From Atractiella rhizophila (taxonomy: Eukaryota), in contig MU271352.1 in assembly GCA_021432655.1 (NCBI GenBank), positions 32,601 to 80,283 on the forward strand: a DNA stretch of 47,683 bases, given 5' to 3'. A program made the position numbers and the translations under genes. The stretch's first letter is position 1; every line of letters begins with the position of its first letter. This document shows positions 9,657 to 22,200 of this stretch, piece by piece. The notes under the pieces were generated by a model, which made no database searches, was not told where the DNA came from, and saw only the letters and a program-made list of their open reading frames with translations.

Positions 9657-10412
9657 TTAACGTTCCAGCTCATTTCCTTCAAAGTCCTTAACAAAGGTCA
9701 TCAGGAAAGATCGGACGGCATCCTCGTCCTGGGGGGACAGTAGCGTATTTGGGTCCGTGTAGCCAAGCCGTTGTGATGGTTGCGCTGGCTGTGAGAAGGA
9801 CGGGGACGGATCGGAGACGTGGAAGGCAGAGGGGAAATCCCGCATAATGGACTGCAACGATTCATCATCATCTCCCACTTCCGCTTCACCGTCGCCTGCA
9901 CGTTTGCGGTCACCTAATATTCTCTCCGCCGATGGACTCGCATTTTGACGCGTGGAGGAAGGACTTGCACGGCGGGTGGACGAAGCGGAGGACGTCGTTG
10001 TGGGAGAAACCTTCCTAATTGCTTCCGTACCGTGACGTTGACTACTGGACGCTTGGGTGTCGGAATACATCGATGTTTGAGATTGAGGGTATGTGCAATT
10101 GATCTCCTCGATAGCCACCCTCCTGGTTCTGGCCAACGTCACGCATCTTGAGCAAGCCTTCCAGTTACCCGCATCAGCATTTGTCCTGTCAAAGAGTGGA
10201 AAAGGGAGATCACTTACCGGCCTTCCCGCGTCGCACTTCACCCTTCGAGCTTTACAATTGTTGCATGCCGTGTTCCTCTTCAATGTGTCCGGATTCGGAC
10301 GGCGTTGCAAAGGAAACTTAGATGGCGGGGGTGTGAACGTTGAGAGGCTTTTCGGGTTCTGTCCACTCATAGCGGGACAATGAACGGGGGAGTTGGAAGC
10401 GAACCCGAGCAT
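9657..10412 (-). CDS. Short Zn2Cys6 binuclear-cluster protein (paralogue 1)
   Basis: CNNCKARRVKCDAGRP|ACSRC-x15-C after removing an in-frame 60-nt intron (10217-10158, gtaagt...aag). Start is ATG 10412 or 10370. Confidence 0.82.
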   Translation of the reverse strand: MLGFASNSPVHCPAMSGQNPKSLSTFTPPPSKFPLQRRPNPDTLKRNTACNNCKARRVKCDAGRPVSDLPFPLFDRTNADAGNWKACSRCVTLARTRRVAIEEINCTYPQSQTSMYSDTQASSSQRHGTEAIRKVSPTTTSSASSTRRASPSSTRQNASPSAERILGDRKRAGDGEAEVGDDDESLQSIMRDFPSAFHVSDPSPSFSQPAQPSQRLGYTDPNTLLSPQDEDAVRSFLMTFVKDFEGNELER

Positions 10413-11883
10413 AGCAGGCGAAGAGAGGTATTGGATGGTCGGAAGGAGATGTAGGCGAGGAGTCCCTTTTATGCACGGTGGAGCAACGGTACCCAACACT
10501 GGTCCACCAAAATCACTCACCCGTCTACCGTCTATCGCCAAAATCTCGCCGGACTCCAATCTTCAAACGCAACAGAACCAGGACATAGCATGAACGGAGA
10601 CGAGAGGAGAGACAGTACCCAACCTTTAATGCTGTCTGCCTACGCCGACGTGGCTAGACGGAGTGCAGGACTTAGACATCAACATCCGCTTCACACGGCT
10701 CTTTATGAATGAGGAGAGAGGAGGGAGGCGCGATGACAAATACCTTAACTACCTCATCTCCTACTCACGGCTGAGGATGGAGCGACGGGCAAGTACAAAG
10801 TACACAGTGCAGTAAACTCCGGCTCCACTGCCTGAAGAGTGGTGAGCGGTGATGGTGGTGTTTCTCCAACTGGTGCAAAATGGTTCATATTCTTGCGTAT
10901 GCGAATGAGGAGAGGACGAGGACCGAAGAAGGTAAGTTCCCTGTCTTGGATACCACATAATAACCTCAGAAAAACATCACAAGCAATTGATATCAAATAT
11001 TCGGCCATGCTTCTTCTTTACCATCATACAGAAATCCAGATAGGAAAACTTGTCCACAATTACTGTCAAATGTCCATCTCCAATACTCCATGAAGAGAAG
11101 AAGATAGCATCCATGCAACTCGTAGTATCTCCAATCACCCTCGTAGTATCAAGATTAGTTCGAGCAAAGCTCCCATCAATCGCGGAGAGCGCTGACATCC
11201 CGCTATCCTTCTTTCTGTGAGCCCGGGGCATTGGGCCGCTCTTTGGAAATCTGGACGTCGTCATTTCGGCGGTCTGGACACAAGGACTTGATCCGGATCG
11301 AGAAAATAGATAATTCTGTCCGAAACAAGCTGACAAACTCATAAAACAATGCGCCAGAACGCCTCGTTTCGGACGTGTCACTTTTCCGGGGGAAGCCATT
11401 GTCTGCGATTGCAAACAGAAGGAAGGAGGACACGTCCCGACAGGAATGACGACACCATCCCTGGAGGTACAATACCTGGCTTCGTTGAGGTAGTCACAGA
11501 CTAAGCTACTGTGTGGCTGGCGGTTGATTTCGTTGATCCATAGAATCTGCTATAGAGCAATGTCATTTGCCTAACAGTCGTTGACTCCATACCATCCAGA
11601 GCATGATGAAATACATGGTTCGCGATTCATCACACCGCCTCTTTCAATTGCTTCTGTGACAGCAACGCACCGCGGCAGCCCCAACATACTCGCAATCCAG
11701 CCCTAAAAAACAGCAGCCTCGATCCAGAGATCGTATTGTACTCGTCGTTTTTGCCACTGTTTCACAGACCGACACAAATAACGAAACGACCACCTTCTCG
11801 CAGCATCACCTAGGTTCCCGTTCATTATCGCATACCATCCCATAACTGGCTAATCCATCCAAAGACGACACAACTCTCGAAAA

Positions 11884-14800
11884 ATGACTCCAAGTCCCTC
11901 CCCAAGTCCTCCTTCCATCGCGTCCACCAGCGCATCCTCGCTCTCCGCCAGCCCTTCCGCCTCCTTGAATTCTCTCAAGAGCAACAACTACACGCCTCCG
12001 CTCTCAAACGACGACGAGCAAGAGTTCAGCCCGCCTTCTGATCAGTCAGGATCGGGGAATGTGGAGGGTGTCGGTGGCATCGGTGGTGGTGGAAGAGGAA
12101 GTTGGGTCGAGGGAGCGAAGGGATTGGAGAGGGGTGGGACTGTTAAGGGTCATGGAAATAATGGTACATTCTCATCTATTTCATTTTCAAAAGGGTGGAG
12201 GTTACGTAGACTTCTACTTTGGGTGGTGTTGACGGACGGGTCTTGATTGGAAGGACGGTCTTGATTTTAGCTTCATGGCAGTATTGCCTGAACTGTCTTA
12301 TGAATGAGCCTTGTCCGTTGATTCAAGCTTCAAGTCTGCGAACACGCGTGGAAATCATTCTAGCGTACTCTCAGAGAGGAGCAGCATCGTTTTCCCCGCC
12401 TTTGAGATGACATCGATGCAGCTTTGCGGAGTGACCATTCTATTCCTTTGTTTTACACTTCTTTCATGCTTCCGTCCATTTTTTCGTGAGTCCTTTCAGA
12501 GAGAGACAAAGGAACCCGAGAAGGTTCGCCTTTTTCCCATTGGAGCAAGGTCGACATGTTTGTGCTGTCCTCTTGCTCCATGGTCTGGAGTGATTCTTTG
12601 TTCCCATAGTCTTTCTTTGGTTCATAGTTAACAATAAGTCGAATACTCCCACCCCTGAGTCATCGATCCCTTTCAGCGTGGACCAATCAGCTATTGTCCC
12701 TTCCTTGATAACCTTTTGCAGACGGATCCAAGAAACCGTTCCCAACTAAAGGCAGAAAAAAACCGGTGGCCCGAAACAAGCAATTGAAATTAAAGAAAGG
12801 AGCCAAAATCCTTGGAAGCCAATCAAGAAAAAGGGGGGCCGAAAAAACAAATTATCTACGTACTGTGGGTTCTCACGGTTTCTTTGGGCTTTCCATAGCC
12901 ATTGATCGGAGAGCGATAAACACATGTCTCAGAGATGTGCACCTTGTTCTCGTCGGAAAGAGGATCGGTGCCCTGGTATGAGCTTGGTGATCTCTCCTCC
13001 GAAAAGCATTGTTATTTATGTAGTTCAATGCCGTTTGTCGCACTGCGCTTTAACATGATGTTTCACGCTCTTTTGTTCAATGGATCCCGAGCTTTCGGTC
13101 TTTTGTTGTTTCTCTGGGAGTGCAGAGCCTTGCAGCAGAGGTTGATTTGTAACAGGCCTCGGCTCTGTGTTCTCACTCCGTTGAGAGCCTGGGGTCTTCC
13201 TAGCGGTCCTCATTTGAAGTTTTCTGCAAATGTGTACAGAGATGGGACCGCACCAGGCCGAAACCAACGGTCTTCCTCGGACTGGGGATGTAGATTGTGG
13301 CATCTCGACAAAGGAAGCTTTTAACAATATTTGTTCGACTCTTTGGCCCACGCGTTGAACATAAAATTTCGGCGGTGGAGAGGTCAAACATATTCTACGT
13401 CAGAGCAAAGCGTAGATGATTCGACGAGCCATTCGTCTGGGTGAGTAATCACTTTGGACACCGTCTTTGTCGTAGATTGAGAATGTGCTGAATGCTCAAA
13501 CACTCCATTCAGACCATTGAAGCTGCTCGGATGACGTGTTGTGTACGGAGAGGTCTCGTTCTCTCTTTCCTGGGCCACTTATCTGTGTTTGTCCATGTTG
13601 TCGGGGAGCGAATCCACTTAAGGTGTCATGAAGGGTTCCCTCTCCTGTGACTTCAGCGTCCCCCCTTAGAAACGCATCTGTTAAAATAAAGGTTCCCAGA
13701 TCTTGAGGCTGATACTCCCCTGCCAGGTATCCCGCGGCAATCGTCTACCTCATACATCAACTCCAAATCTGCAGCATTATCCATAAACGAAGAAGCAGGA
13801 ACATCTTCGATACATTTCAACAACTTCGAACTGCCGCCAAATCACCCATCGCTCTCCCTTCCACCGAAGAAGAAGAAACCGCGGCGTACAAGGAAGCCCA
13901 AGGTGGACCTAACAGCGTATCCACAGCAAGACCTCCTCAAACTGATGGCACAGCTACTAGAGCAGATCGCCCAAGCGAATGACAAACTTCCGCCAGTGCA
14001 GGAGCGGATGAAGAATGCAAGTTCTTCCCGAGATATCAGTGAATCGGCATCCGTTGCTTCTATAGAGTCGAGACCAATCTCAACAGAACCTCTGAGACAT
14101 TATCGTCAAACAACACTCTCGCATCCGCCAACACCATCAACAGATCGACCTCCCGAACCCAAGCGTCTGTACCCATCCGATACAGTGCTTTCAGCTTCAA
14201 AGAAATCCATTGTGTCCCCTCAAGCCCATTTGTGCTTCCATGCACGCAACGTACCCTCAATCTCCATCGAAGCATATCTCATACGAATTCTTAAGTACTG
14301 TCCGACCACGAACGAGGTTTTCTTGTCATTGCTTGTCTATTTCGACCGGATGGCACGGCTGGCCGCTGGCGGAGATCCTGAGAAAGAGGTTGGAGATGAT
14401 GTGTCCATCAGTGAAAAAAGCTCCATTGGGCCAGCTGGCGACAGAGTACCTTTTGCCATCGACAGCTTCAACGTACACCGTCTCGTCATCGCCGGTGTAA
14501 CAGTGGCGAGCAAATTTTTTAGTGATGTCTTTTACACCAACTCGCGCTACGCAAAGGTATGCTTTCAGCTGCGTTCTCATATTATTGTGGCTGAACCCAT
14601 CTTGAGGTTGGCGGCTTACCATTACACGAGCTCAACCAACTGGAACTCCAGTTTCTTCTTTTGAACGACTTCAATCTCATGATTCCGCTAGACGAAATGC
14701 AACGTTACGCGGATCAGCTGCTCGTCTATTGGCCGGGAGGGATGACTGTTCCTCCCGACGAGGAAGAAGAGGAAGAATCGTCAGAAGAGGAAGCAGACGA

Positions 14801-14981
14801 TGATTCGCGTACGGCTTTGATGCAGAACGGAGCCAAGTTGGGATCGCGAAGAAGCATGGACAGGGCTTCAATCTCTGCAACATCCACTATCGCCAGCGAA
14901 AGCGAGGCTTCGACGATCACTCCTGGCAATCGGACACCCGCCGTCAGCGAATCGGGGAGAAACGAGGATATGAAGGAATGA
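11884..14981 (+). CDS. Pho80/Pcl6/Pcl7-like cyclin (Pho85-type CDK partner)
   Basis: FHARNVPSISIEAYLIRILKYCP and NVHRLVIAGVTVASKFFSDVFYTNSRYAK|VGGLPLHELNQLELQFLLLNDF, with intron 14557-14606 and stop at 14981. The core 13727-14981 is secure. Linking the first exon 11884-12163 through a 1563-nt intron is a phase-compatible inference. Confidence 0.85.
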
Positions 14982-16478
14982 AGATTACGCTCAAAAAATG
15001 GAGTGAGCGACAGTGCTAAACGATCAGATTGCTCGAAGTACCGAGAAACTTGAAGTGGATGGTGAACGTTGAAGATTCTAGGTACTATAGTTTGACTTGT
15101 TACTTTTGTTTCGTCCAGTGTCCTATAATTACAGAATCCCTGCGGTGGTTTATTTTGTTTTTCTCCAGCTCAATCCGGCTCGGTTATGTCAACCTCGTTT
15201 GTTTTTCAGTCTCTTACTTTGCAGCATACCCATTTCAATATCTGCCAATCAACACGCTGGAAGCAAACAATGATAAACAGTTAAATATCTTCATTAGCAA
15301 TGCTTTTTTTTATTCCTAACCTGACACAGTCTTCCACTTGAACTTGAACCTGCAACCACTTCAAGTTAAAGGGGGAAGAAGCTTCTTCAGCGATTCCGAT
15401 AGGAATGCCATCTCTTCTTCCGGATAATACCATTGTGCCGGGGCACCGTTTGCTCCTTCAATTTGGTCAGAGGACGTCAGTCATAGAAGCTCGAAGGAGA
15501 ATCCTAGATGGTCCTGGAAAGAGGGGGATAAAACCGTGCTAGTGGATGATGTACCATCTAGGTTAGTACCTCTTTCATCAGTGTTAGTATCATGTAGGGG
15601 ATGTTTTCTACTCTGCTGAAGCCGAAAATAGTGGTGCTACATTTAAATTATCACCCCTAGTTCTCGTTTCGTATGCCGATGTGGGCTTCCAAGTACCAGG
15701 CTTGCCTCAGCCTCAGGAACTTGAACTGTTGAATGGTCTAGAATTTGGGCTATTGCTCCCCGACATGTTCAAGAAATGGTTTAGCTGAAGTAGCACTCTA
15801 CAGAATCGACATCCTTTGGTTCTGTAGATATAACTATTCCGCCTCCAATTTAACAATGCAAAAGGTTTCTTCCTCGTACGCTTTTTCTTGGCTGCTTGCC
15901 AAATTCTTGGCCAGTAAGAGGTTTGTTGATTGTTCCAAGAAAATATGATCTGAAGCGCTGGAGCATCTGACAGCACAGTATTTGGCAACGCCTAATTGAG
16001 GTGACGGAGACTGCTTCTATCTGCGCTGCAGGCTTGTCCAAGTCTTCTAGGAATATAATGTGCTCTGTCCAATGCGCCGCTCTTGGCTTTCCGTTTTCGG
16101 TCCTCACAGACTTTAGGCTAATACCGTTTTGGTCCGTCCTACAGCACTTAATCCTGTTCTTCAAACGTTCTTATCCTATTCAACGTCGGGTTTAAAGAAC
16201 TGGATTTACAGTGCTCTGACGGCATAACAGTTGGATCTACCCCAACATGCCGTGTCGACAACGGGCATGATGCTTATTGGCTGCAGGGCTGGAAGTGAAA
16301 GGTCACTATGCTAGACCCTGTTTTGATCGACGGATCCCGGGCTCTGAAGCTGCAGGAGGCCAGGGGTGCAAAGGTTTCAAAAGTGCTACATTTCCACTTT
16401 TGTTCCGTGAGCATTCGAAGGCACTCAAGCAGGCAAGCTTTTCCTACATCTTTCGGAGACGCATTGATCTATGACAGA

Positions 16479-17804
16479 ATGCATTCTTCACTTCCTCCTG
16501 AACTCTGGCGATACATTTTCACCTTCCTCCTCCCTGCTCCTGGAATTGCACATTATAGAGAAGACCACCGCTCACGCGACCGTCTGACTGGACTCTATGC
16601 CCATGTCCTGGCTTCCCAGAGAGCGTTCCGAGCCCGTCTCTTCTCCTGCGCTCTGGTCTGTCGCTTCTGGTCTGTCATCGCCCAGAAATTGCTCTTCGCC
16701 ACCACCACATTGTCGATCCGGGGGCAGCAAAGTGTGGATTGGCTTGATGGATTGGGAGAGAAACAATCATGGTTGAGGAAAGTAGAGTTGAAAGTTCGAA
16801 CCGGAAGGAGAGAGGTGTATTCTGTGCTTTTCGACAGCTTATTCCAGCATCTGACAAGGATCCGACATTGGACTATCAATGCCCATGAGGCAGATCCGCA
16901 CTCATTCGATCTGGTCCAGATCCTCGTTATATTTTGCCGTCGTTCTGAAAGTCAAACCTCCCGCAAGTTTACACTCGAAATCTGGTTCCCGTTCCATTAT
17001 CCTTCCATGTCTTACCCATTCTTCACACATGAAGACGAGGAAAAAATCGCAATCCTGCTACCCCAAATTTCCGGGGTGGAGGAATTAGTGCTAAGGATGG
17101 AGACCTTGGAGTGTGCATCAAAACTCTTTTCTCCCTCCACATTACCGATGACGCTCGTCGATCAGGTCAAGCTGCCTTTCAAAGACCTTAAACGTCTCGC
17201 CATTTCGGCTCACCACATTATCTTGACCAATGCTCTCGGTTATTTCGCTTCATTCTTTCAAAAAGCAAACGAGGTGCGGAACGGAGGTACTCTTGAAGGC
17301 TTATCGCTCATTCCCCTTGGCGAAGTCGCAGAAGTTCAGTACGAACCTTTGAGCACGGCGCTAGAAACTTTTATTCGAGGTGGTCTAACCAGTTTCATGC
17401 TGGATGCTAACGGCGGTGGACCAGCAGAGAAAGGAGATGGAAGGCTGATGGATTGGTTCTCAGAAATGCTTTTCCGGATGGAAACTCTCGAGAAGCTCGT
17501 CGTTCGAAATCTCGACTGCCTCTTCAGCGACTCGGAGAGCAATCTCCTGCCTTCTTATCCTATGCTCTCTCTTAGCCGGCTGCCACCATTATCACCCGCA
17601 ACGTCACGATCTCTCCGCCGGCGAGAGGCTCGACAGAAGTTCCTCAACTCGGTACCAGATGGTGTCAAGGTCTTGGAGTTCAATGTCCTCACTTTTGATC
17701 AAAATGTGGTCGCAGAAATCAACAGAGGATACGGAAAGAGATGGAGTGGGCTTAAAATGCTTGTATTACCAGATCATGCTGCTGAGATTACTCCAACATC
17801 CTGA
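16479..17804 (+). CDS. F-box-like protein, 441 aa, intronless (paralogue 1)
   Basis: N-terminal LPPELWRYIFTFL...LFSCALVCRFWSVIAQKLLF followed by degenerate leucine-rich (LxxLxL) segments. The start is chosen by alignment with 28556..29857. Confidence 0.85.
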   Translation: MHSSLPPELWRYIFTFLLPAPGIAHYREDHRSRDRLTGLYAHVLASQRAFRARLFSCALVCRFWSVIAQKLLFATTTLSIRGQQSVDWLDGLGEKQSWLRKVELKVRTGRREVYSVLFDSLFQHLTRIRHWTINAHEADPHSFDLVQILVIFCRRSESQTSRKFTLEIWFPFHYPSMSYPFFTHEDEEKIAILLPQISGVEELVLRMETLECASKLFSPSTLPMTLVDQVKLPFKDLKRLAISAHHIILTNALGYFASFFQKANEVRNGGTLEGLSLIPLGEVAEVQYEPLSTALETFIRGGLTSFMLDANGGGPAEKGDGRLMDWFSEMLFRMETLEKLVVRNLDCLFSDSESNLLPSYPMLSLSRLPPLSPATSRSLRRREARQKFLNSVPDGVKVLEFNVLTFDQNVVAEINRGYGKRWSGLKMLVLPDHAAEITPTS

Positions 17805-19251
17805 TGATTACTGCGAGTGGACAATGCCCCTAAGGGCCCCAATAACACCTCACTCACGCTCAAACAATCCTAATCCTAACTGCCAGCGTGTTCCTTAAGC
17901 GACTTGAAAGAGCTTCTGCACTATCTGTGATCTTAGGTGATGAAATCCGCTTGCGTCTTTGTGGAGGAGATTGGAGCTAGAGAGTTCAACTGCACGTGCT
18001 TGTAAGTACGATATATAGCTATGCCCCCACTTTTGAAGGCTGTTGTTCGTCTCTGTTGAATCCCTCACTTCTGTTTGCAACTGCTTTGGGTGTTATTTTA
18101 CGTCTAGACGTCCCCAAGCAAATAGAGAGACAGGGGAAGACACATATATGTACTGGTATTACTCACGTTCTGCTCTCTAACTCTCCTTGTTGACTCTCCT
18201 AACCAACGACATATGTAAGCATCTGAAGTCCTCTACAAGATTCTGAAAAGCTAGAGAAAGCACCCTGCTCCTAATTTATGTTTCTCTTCTTGTCCCCTCG
18301 CTTAAACGGATGTCCACTGCTGCTCACGACACTTCGAGCCCTGCTCGAAATATACTGTATCATTTCGCGACGCACATGTTCCATTTCAATTAATATGGCA
18401 GTTTCCTGACTGTGACTTTAGGCATGGGAGGTAAGTACTGTGCTGGTCATGTCTCTTGTCTAATGGTTGCACAGACGGATTTCCCAACGAAGTATCAGTT
18501 CCGATTTCTCATGGGTTGCTCAGAGCTGACAAGTGTTTACACCAGATAAGTGTGATCCACAAACCCAACCAAACTCCCATGCTTCTTTCACTGAAAGGCT
18601 AAAGAACCCATTTTTCTTCCGCCATCCGACATTGTTGTCATCAATCAAGCGGCACTCAACCCTTTAGGGTCAATGCTGAAAGTCAGGAATGTGTTATATA
18701 AGGATTCTTACGAACAGGCAATTTGTGAGGAGCTACGCAAATAGTGCATGAAGCTTTGGTGGCACACGCTGTCGCCAGGTCTTGATGGATCCTTGGAGCT
18801 TTAAGTATCTTTTCAACCGTCCAATAATCCTGAGCGTCGATAACTGATTTCTAGCTCGAGACTATCTTCCAAAGCTAACAAAATGACTCTGACAGAGTCG
18901 ATTCATTGCCTATTTCGTCCTACGCGAGCGGCGCAGCAGATGCATCGACGCAGAATCCGAGAAGCTAGTTTGGAACGATCAAATGTTCGAACGTGATTCA
19001 AAACGCAATCGAATTTAGTGCAGCTAGTGTCATGATACCACACAGCAATACTGCTACTGAGATTCATCTCACCGCCGTTTGTTTGTCGCCCAAATTATCG
19101 CCAAATGATCGGCAGACGCAAAGACGCATTTTGGTGTTCCGAAAGATGAATCAGGCGCGTCATAGGTTGTCCTTCGTACGGACCCTGCTGAATGACAGGA
19201 CTACAAAAGGGTTTAAAGGCGAAAATTTTTGCTCAGACGCTAAACGAGAAC

Positions 19252-22200
19252 ATGTCGACCGCAGAGAGTAGACGGAAAAAACCAATCTGTCGACAATTTA
19301 ATTCTCCTAGTGGTTGCAAGCGTGCGAACTGCCAGTTCGAACACAAACGAATCCCGGATCGAAGTTCCTCATCCTCGGAACAGGCACTTGCACCTTTGGG
19401 GGTATGTCGAGACTTTTGGACTTCTGGGAAATGCTCGAGACCCGTAGGACGTTGCAAGTTTGAACACCGACAGCGCAATGGTCCAAAGGCATCTGCTTCT
19501 CCCTCGCAATCTTCCGTTCCGACCCCAATGTCTCATATCCTCGCTGAAGCTATGAATGAAGACGCATCCTCTACTAAAGGGCCGTCTCCTTTTGCGGCGT
19601 GGAAGAAAGTGAAGAAAGCGCTAGAGGAAAAGACATCTTTCTGTTCGGTGCATGAGGCGGAAATGTTTGCCTATGATCTGATGATTGCTGGAAGAGAGAA
19701 TGACGAGCTAAATTGGAGGCTGGAAGATGTGCAGAAGGTTCTGCTTGATTTATCGAAGTTGCCTGGGAATGGGATCGAACTCCTTAAGCAACTTCTCAAG
19801 TTTAACATCGTGACTACAGAAGGAGGAAACCGAGTGACGCATCAGACGGAGCTCTCATTCCAACGCGGCTTCATGCCTCTCGTGACTGTAAGTTCGCATG
19901 CTGATTCGTATAACACATTGACTTTGACATAGTATCTTACCTCCGATGCCGTCACCAAAACTCTCCATCATAAGTGAGTTGCTCATTCTATTGCCCTCCA
20001 TCTTCTGAATAGAACGGCAATAGATCTGCCAATATTCTCTATACTCTAGTGGATCAGTCGATTGACGACCTCGTTGCGCGTTTACCAGTCTGTTTGAGAG
20101 CTTTAGTTGAGAAGAAGAGTGTTACATCTTCAGTCAACTACAACAGAATCGGATTCAAACCCGAAAGTTTCGTTCAAATATTTGTACCCATCATCCAGCT
20201 ATTTCAAGAGTGTGTCTCCTTTCTCACAGAATTTCCTTACCTGATGCTCCATAGACACCTCTCGCGATGGAAAAACGCTCGCCTCGAACATCCTATAGTC
20301 GCTTCCGAACTCCTCCCCTCTATGGACGAATCCATCGAAGCTTGGGCAAAAGATATGCTCTCTCCCTGCCCAACGTTTCGTGACACCATCAGTGTTAAGT
20401 CCCTTGAGGAACGAACACACGCCGTTTCTTCGGTTCGTCGACACTTCCAGAACTTGAAAGACAGCTTCTTGCTACGCCCCGCGCCAGTGGTGCTCAAGAA
20501 ACCACAGCAGAATCTTAAGATGAAGGGCGAGACAGGTGTTCTGGAGGTCGTCGATTTAGAGCTGATGCACGAGTACTATGAGCCTCCAGGAGGACGACAC
20601 GATAACGATCATTCTGATTTCCGCAATGTTTCAGTCATCCCGACCCATCAGGAGCTCATGTCTCAGAAACCTTCTTACCTGCCATTTAACATCCCAGGAG
20701 CACCTCATCATCTTGTAGAAGGAAGCATCGATCGACATGTTGATATTTTATTCCGCCTCATGCGTGAAGACTTCGTTGGACCTCTCAAGAAGGCAATTTT
20801 GAGCTTGATCGGGGAAATGGAAAAGGGTGAGAATAATTTGAAGAAAGTCTTCAAGAAGAAGGAAGGTGGACGTTATCGTCTTCAGAACATCGAAGCAATG
20901 GATTTAAACGTTTACCTCAATATTACATTTCTCAACCTCGACATGAAAAAGGACGTTCTTCTCGACATGCTAGTAACCCTACCATTTCCGTCTACCTCAA
21001 CATTGGAACCGGGGGCTCTTGTAGGGATCATTTATCGCCAAGAAGGAATAAAAGTTGGAGGGGTGAGCCAAAAATGGAAAGTGCATTTAGGGACGGTCGC
21101 GAAGACTGCCCCGAAAAAAAATGGGAGCACTGTCCTTTCTGTCACTTTTTTCGAATCGGAGGCATACGGTTTTGCGATCTCATCGCTCACCAAACGCGCC
21201 AACAATACGTCATCAAATTTTGTACTCTTTGAAGCTGGATCTATTCTTTTGGAAAGCTTCAGACCCTTTCTAGAGGCGCTTCAGCAACTAGACACCTTCA
21301 GGATGCCTCTTTCCCAATATATTGGAGGCTCGACAGCGAAAGGTTATATACCTCAACCCATCTCCGCCCCTCTTAAAGCTCGAAAGCCAGGTTTTCGATG
21401 GAAACTCGATTGTCTACTTGCCGATGGCAATAGTGCCGTTTACGACCCACTCAATCCCCTTTCGAGAGCAGCCGCTCGAGCTACGTTGGGCCAAAAGACT
21501 GGACTAGATCCCTCTCAGATCGATGCACTACTCGATTGTTTGTCGAGAGAACTAGCAATTGTCGAAGGGTGAAATTTCATCCATTGGGCTGGTTGTATTT
21601 TCTGACGCTCCGTTGGACAGACCTCCAGGAACGGGGAAAAGCTATCTAGGTTGCGAGTTGACTCGAGTCTTGTTGAACAACGGTTACTCTGGTATCCTGA
21701 CACTCTGTTTCACGAACCATGCCTTGGATCAATTTTTGGAGCACCTTCTCGACGGAAACGTCACAAAGAAGCTGATCAGAATCGGAGCGCGTTCAAAAAG
21801 CGACAAACTCACTGCCTACAACCTACGCGAAGCCGTCGAAGCATTGGCACAGTTAGGACGGCGAAGAGCTACGTGGCAAGAATACAAGTTTCTGAAGTCC
21901 GAACGTGAACAAGGAGAAAAACGGCTGAAGGAAGTATGCGACCAAATTAGTAGGGCCGTCAAAAAAGAGCTCAATTGGTCGTATTACCTCACAGATTTCC
22001 TTTACGGAAATAGCAAGTATGAAGAGTCTCTCGACAGCCTTCTCAACCCCCCTCAGTTTTTGGTTGAGCTTGTTGGTAACTGGGAGATCGCTGGCATGGA
22101 GGGTCACCCACTTCATTCACATCAGGCAGAATGGTGGCTGCATGGGGCGGATCTGAAATTTCTTTCTCAAGCTGCCGCGAACTTACTTAGTACTCAGCAT

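Noticed and set aside
10413..10559. N-terminal extension of the 300-aa Zn-cluster ORF
   Set aside because: Begins at TTG and spans a TATA-like cataaa near 10470; probably promoter or 5' UTR.
10750..11470. Cluster of short ORFs, possible gene relic
   Set aside because: No recognisable domain or consistent exon chain.
15320..16240. Overlapping short minus-strand ORFs, possible pseudogene
   Set aside because: No family could be recognised; left unannotated.
16308..16478. 57-codon N-terminal extension of F-box paralogue 1
   Set aside because: The paralogue begins at the equivalent of ATG 16479 and F-box motifs are normally N-terminal.
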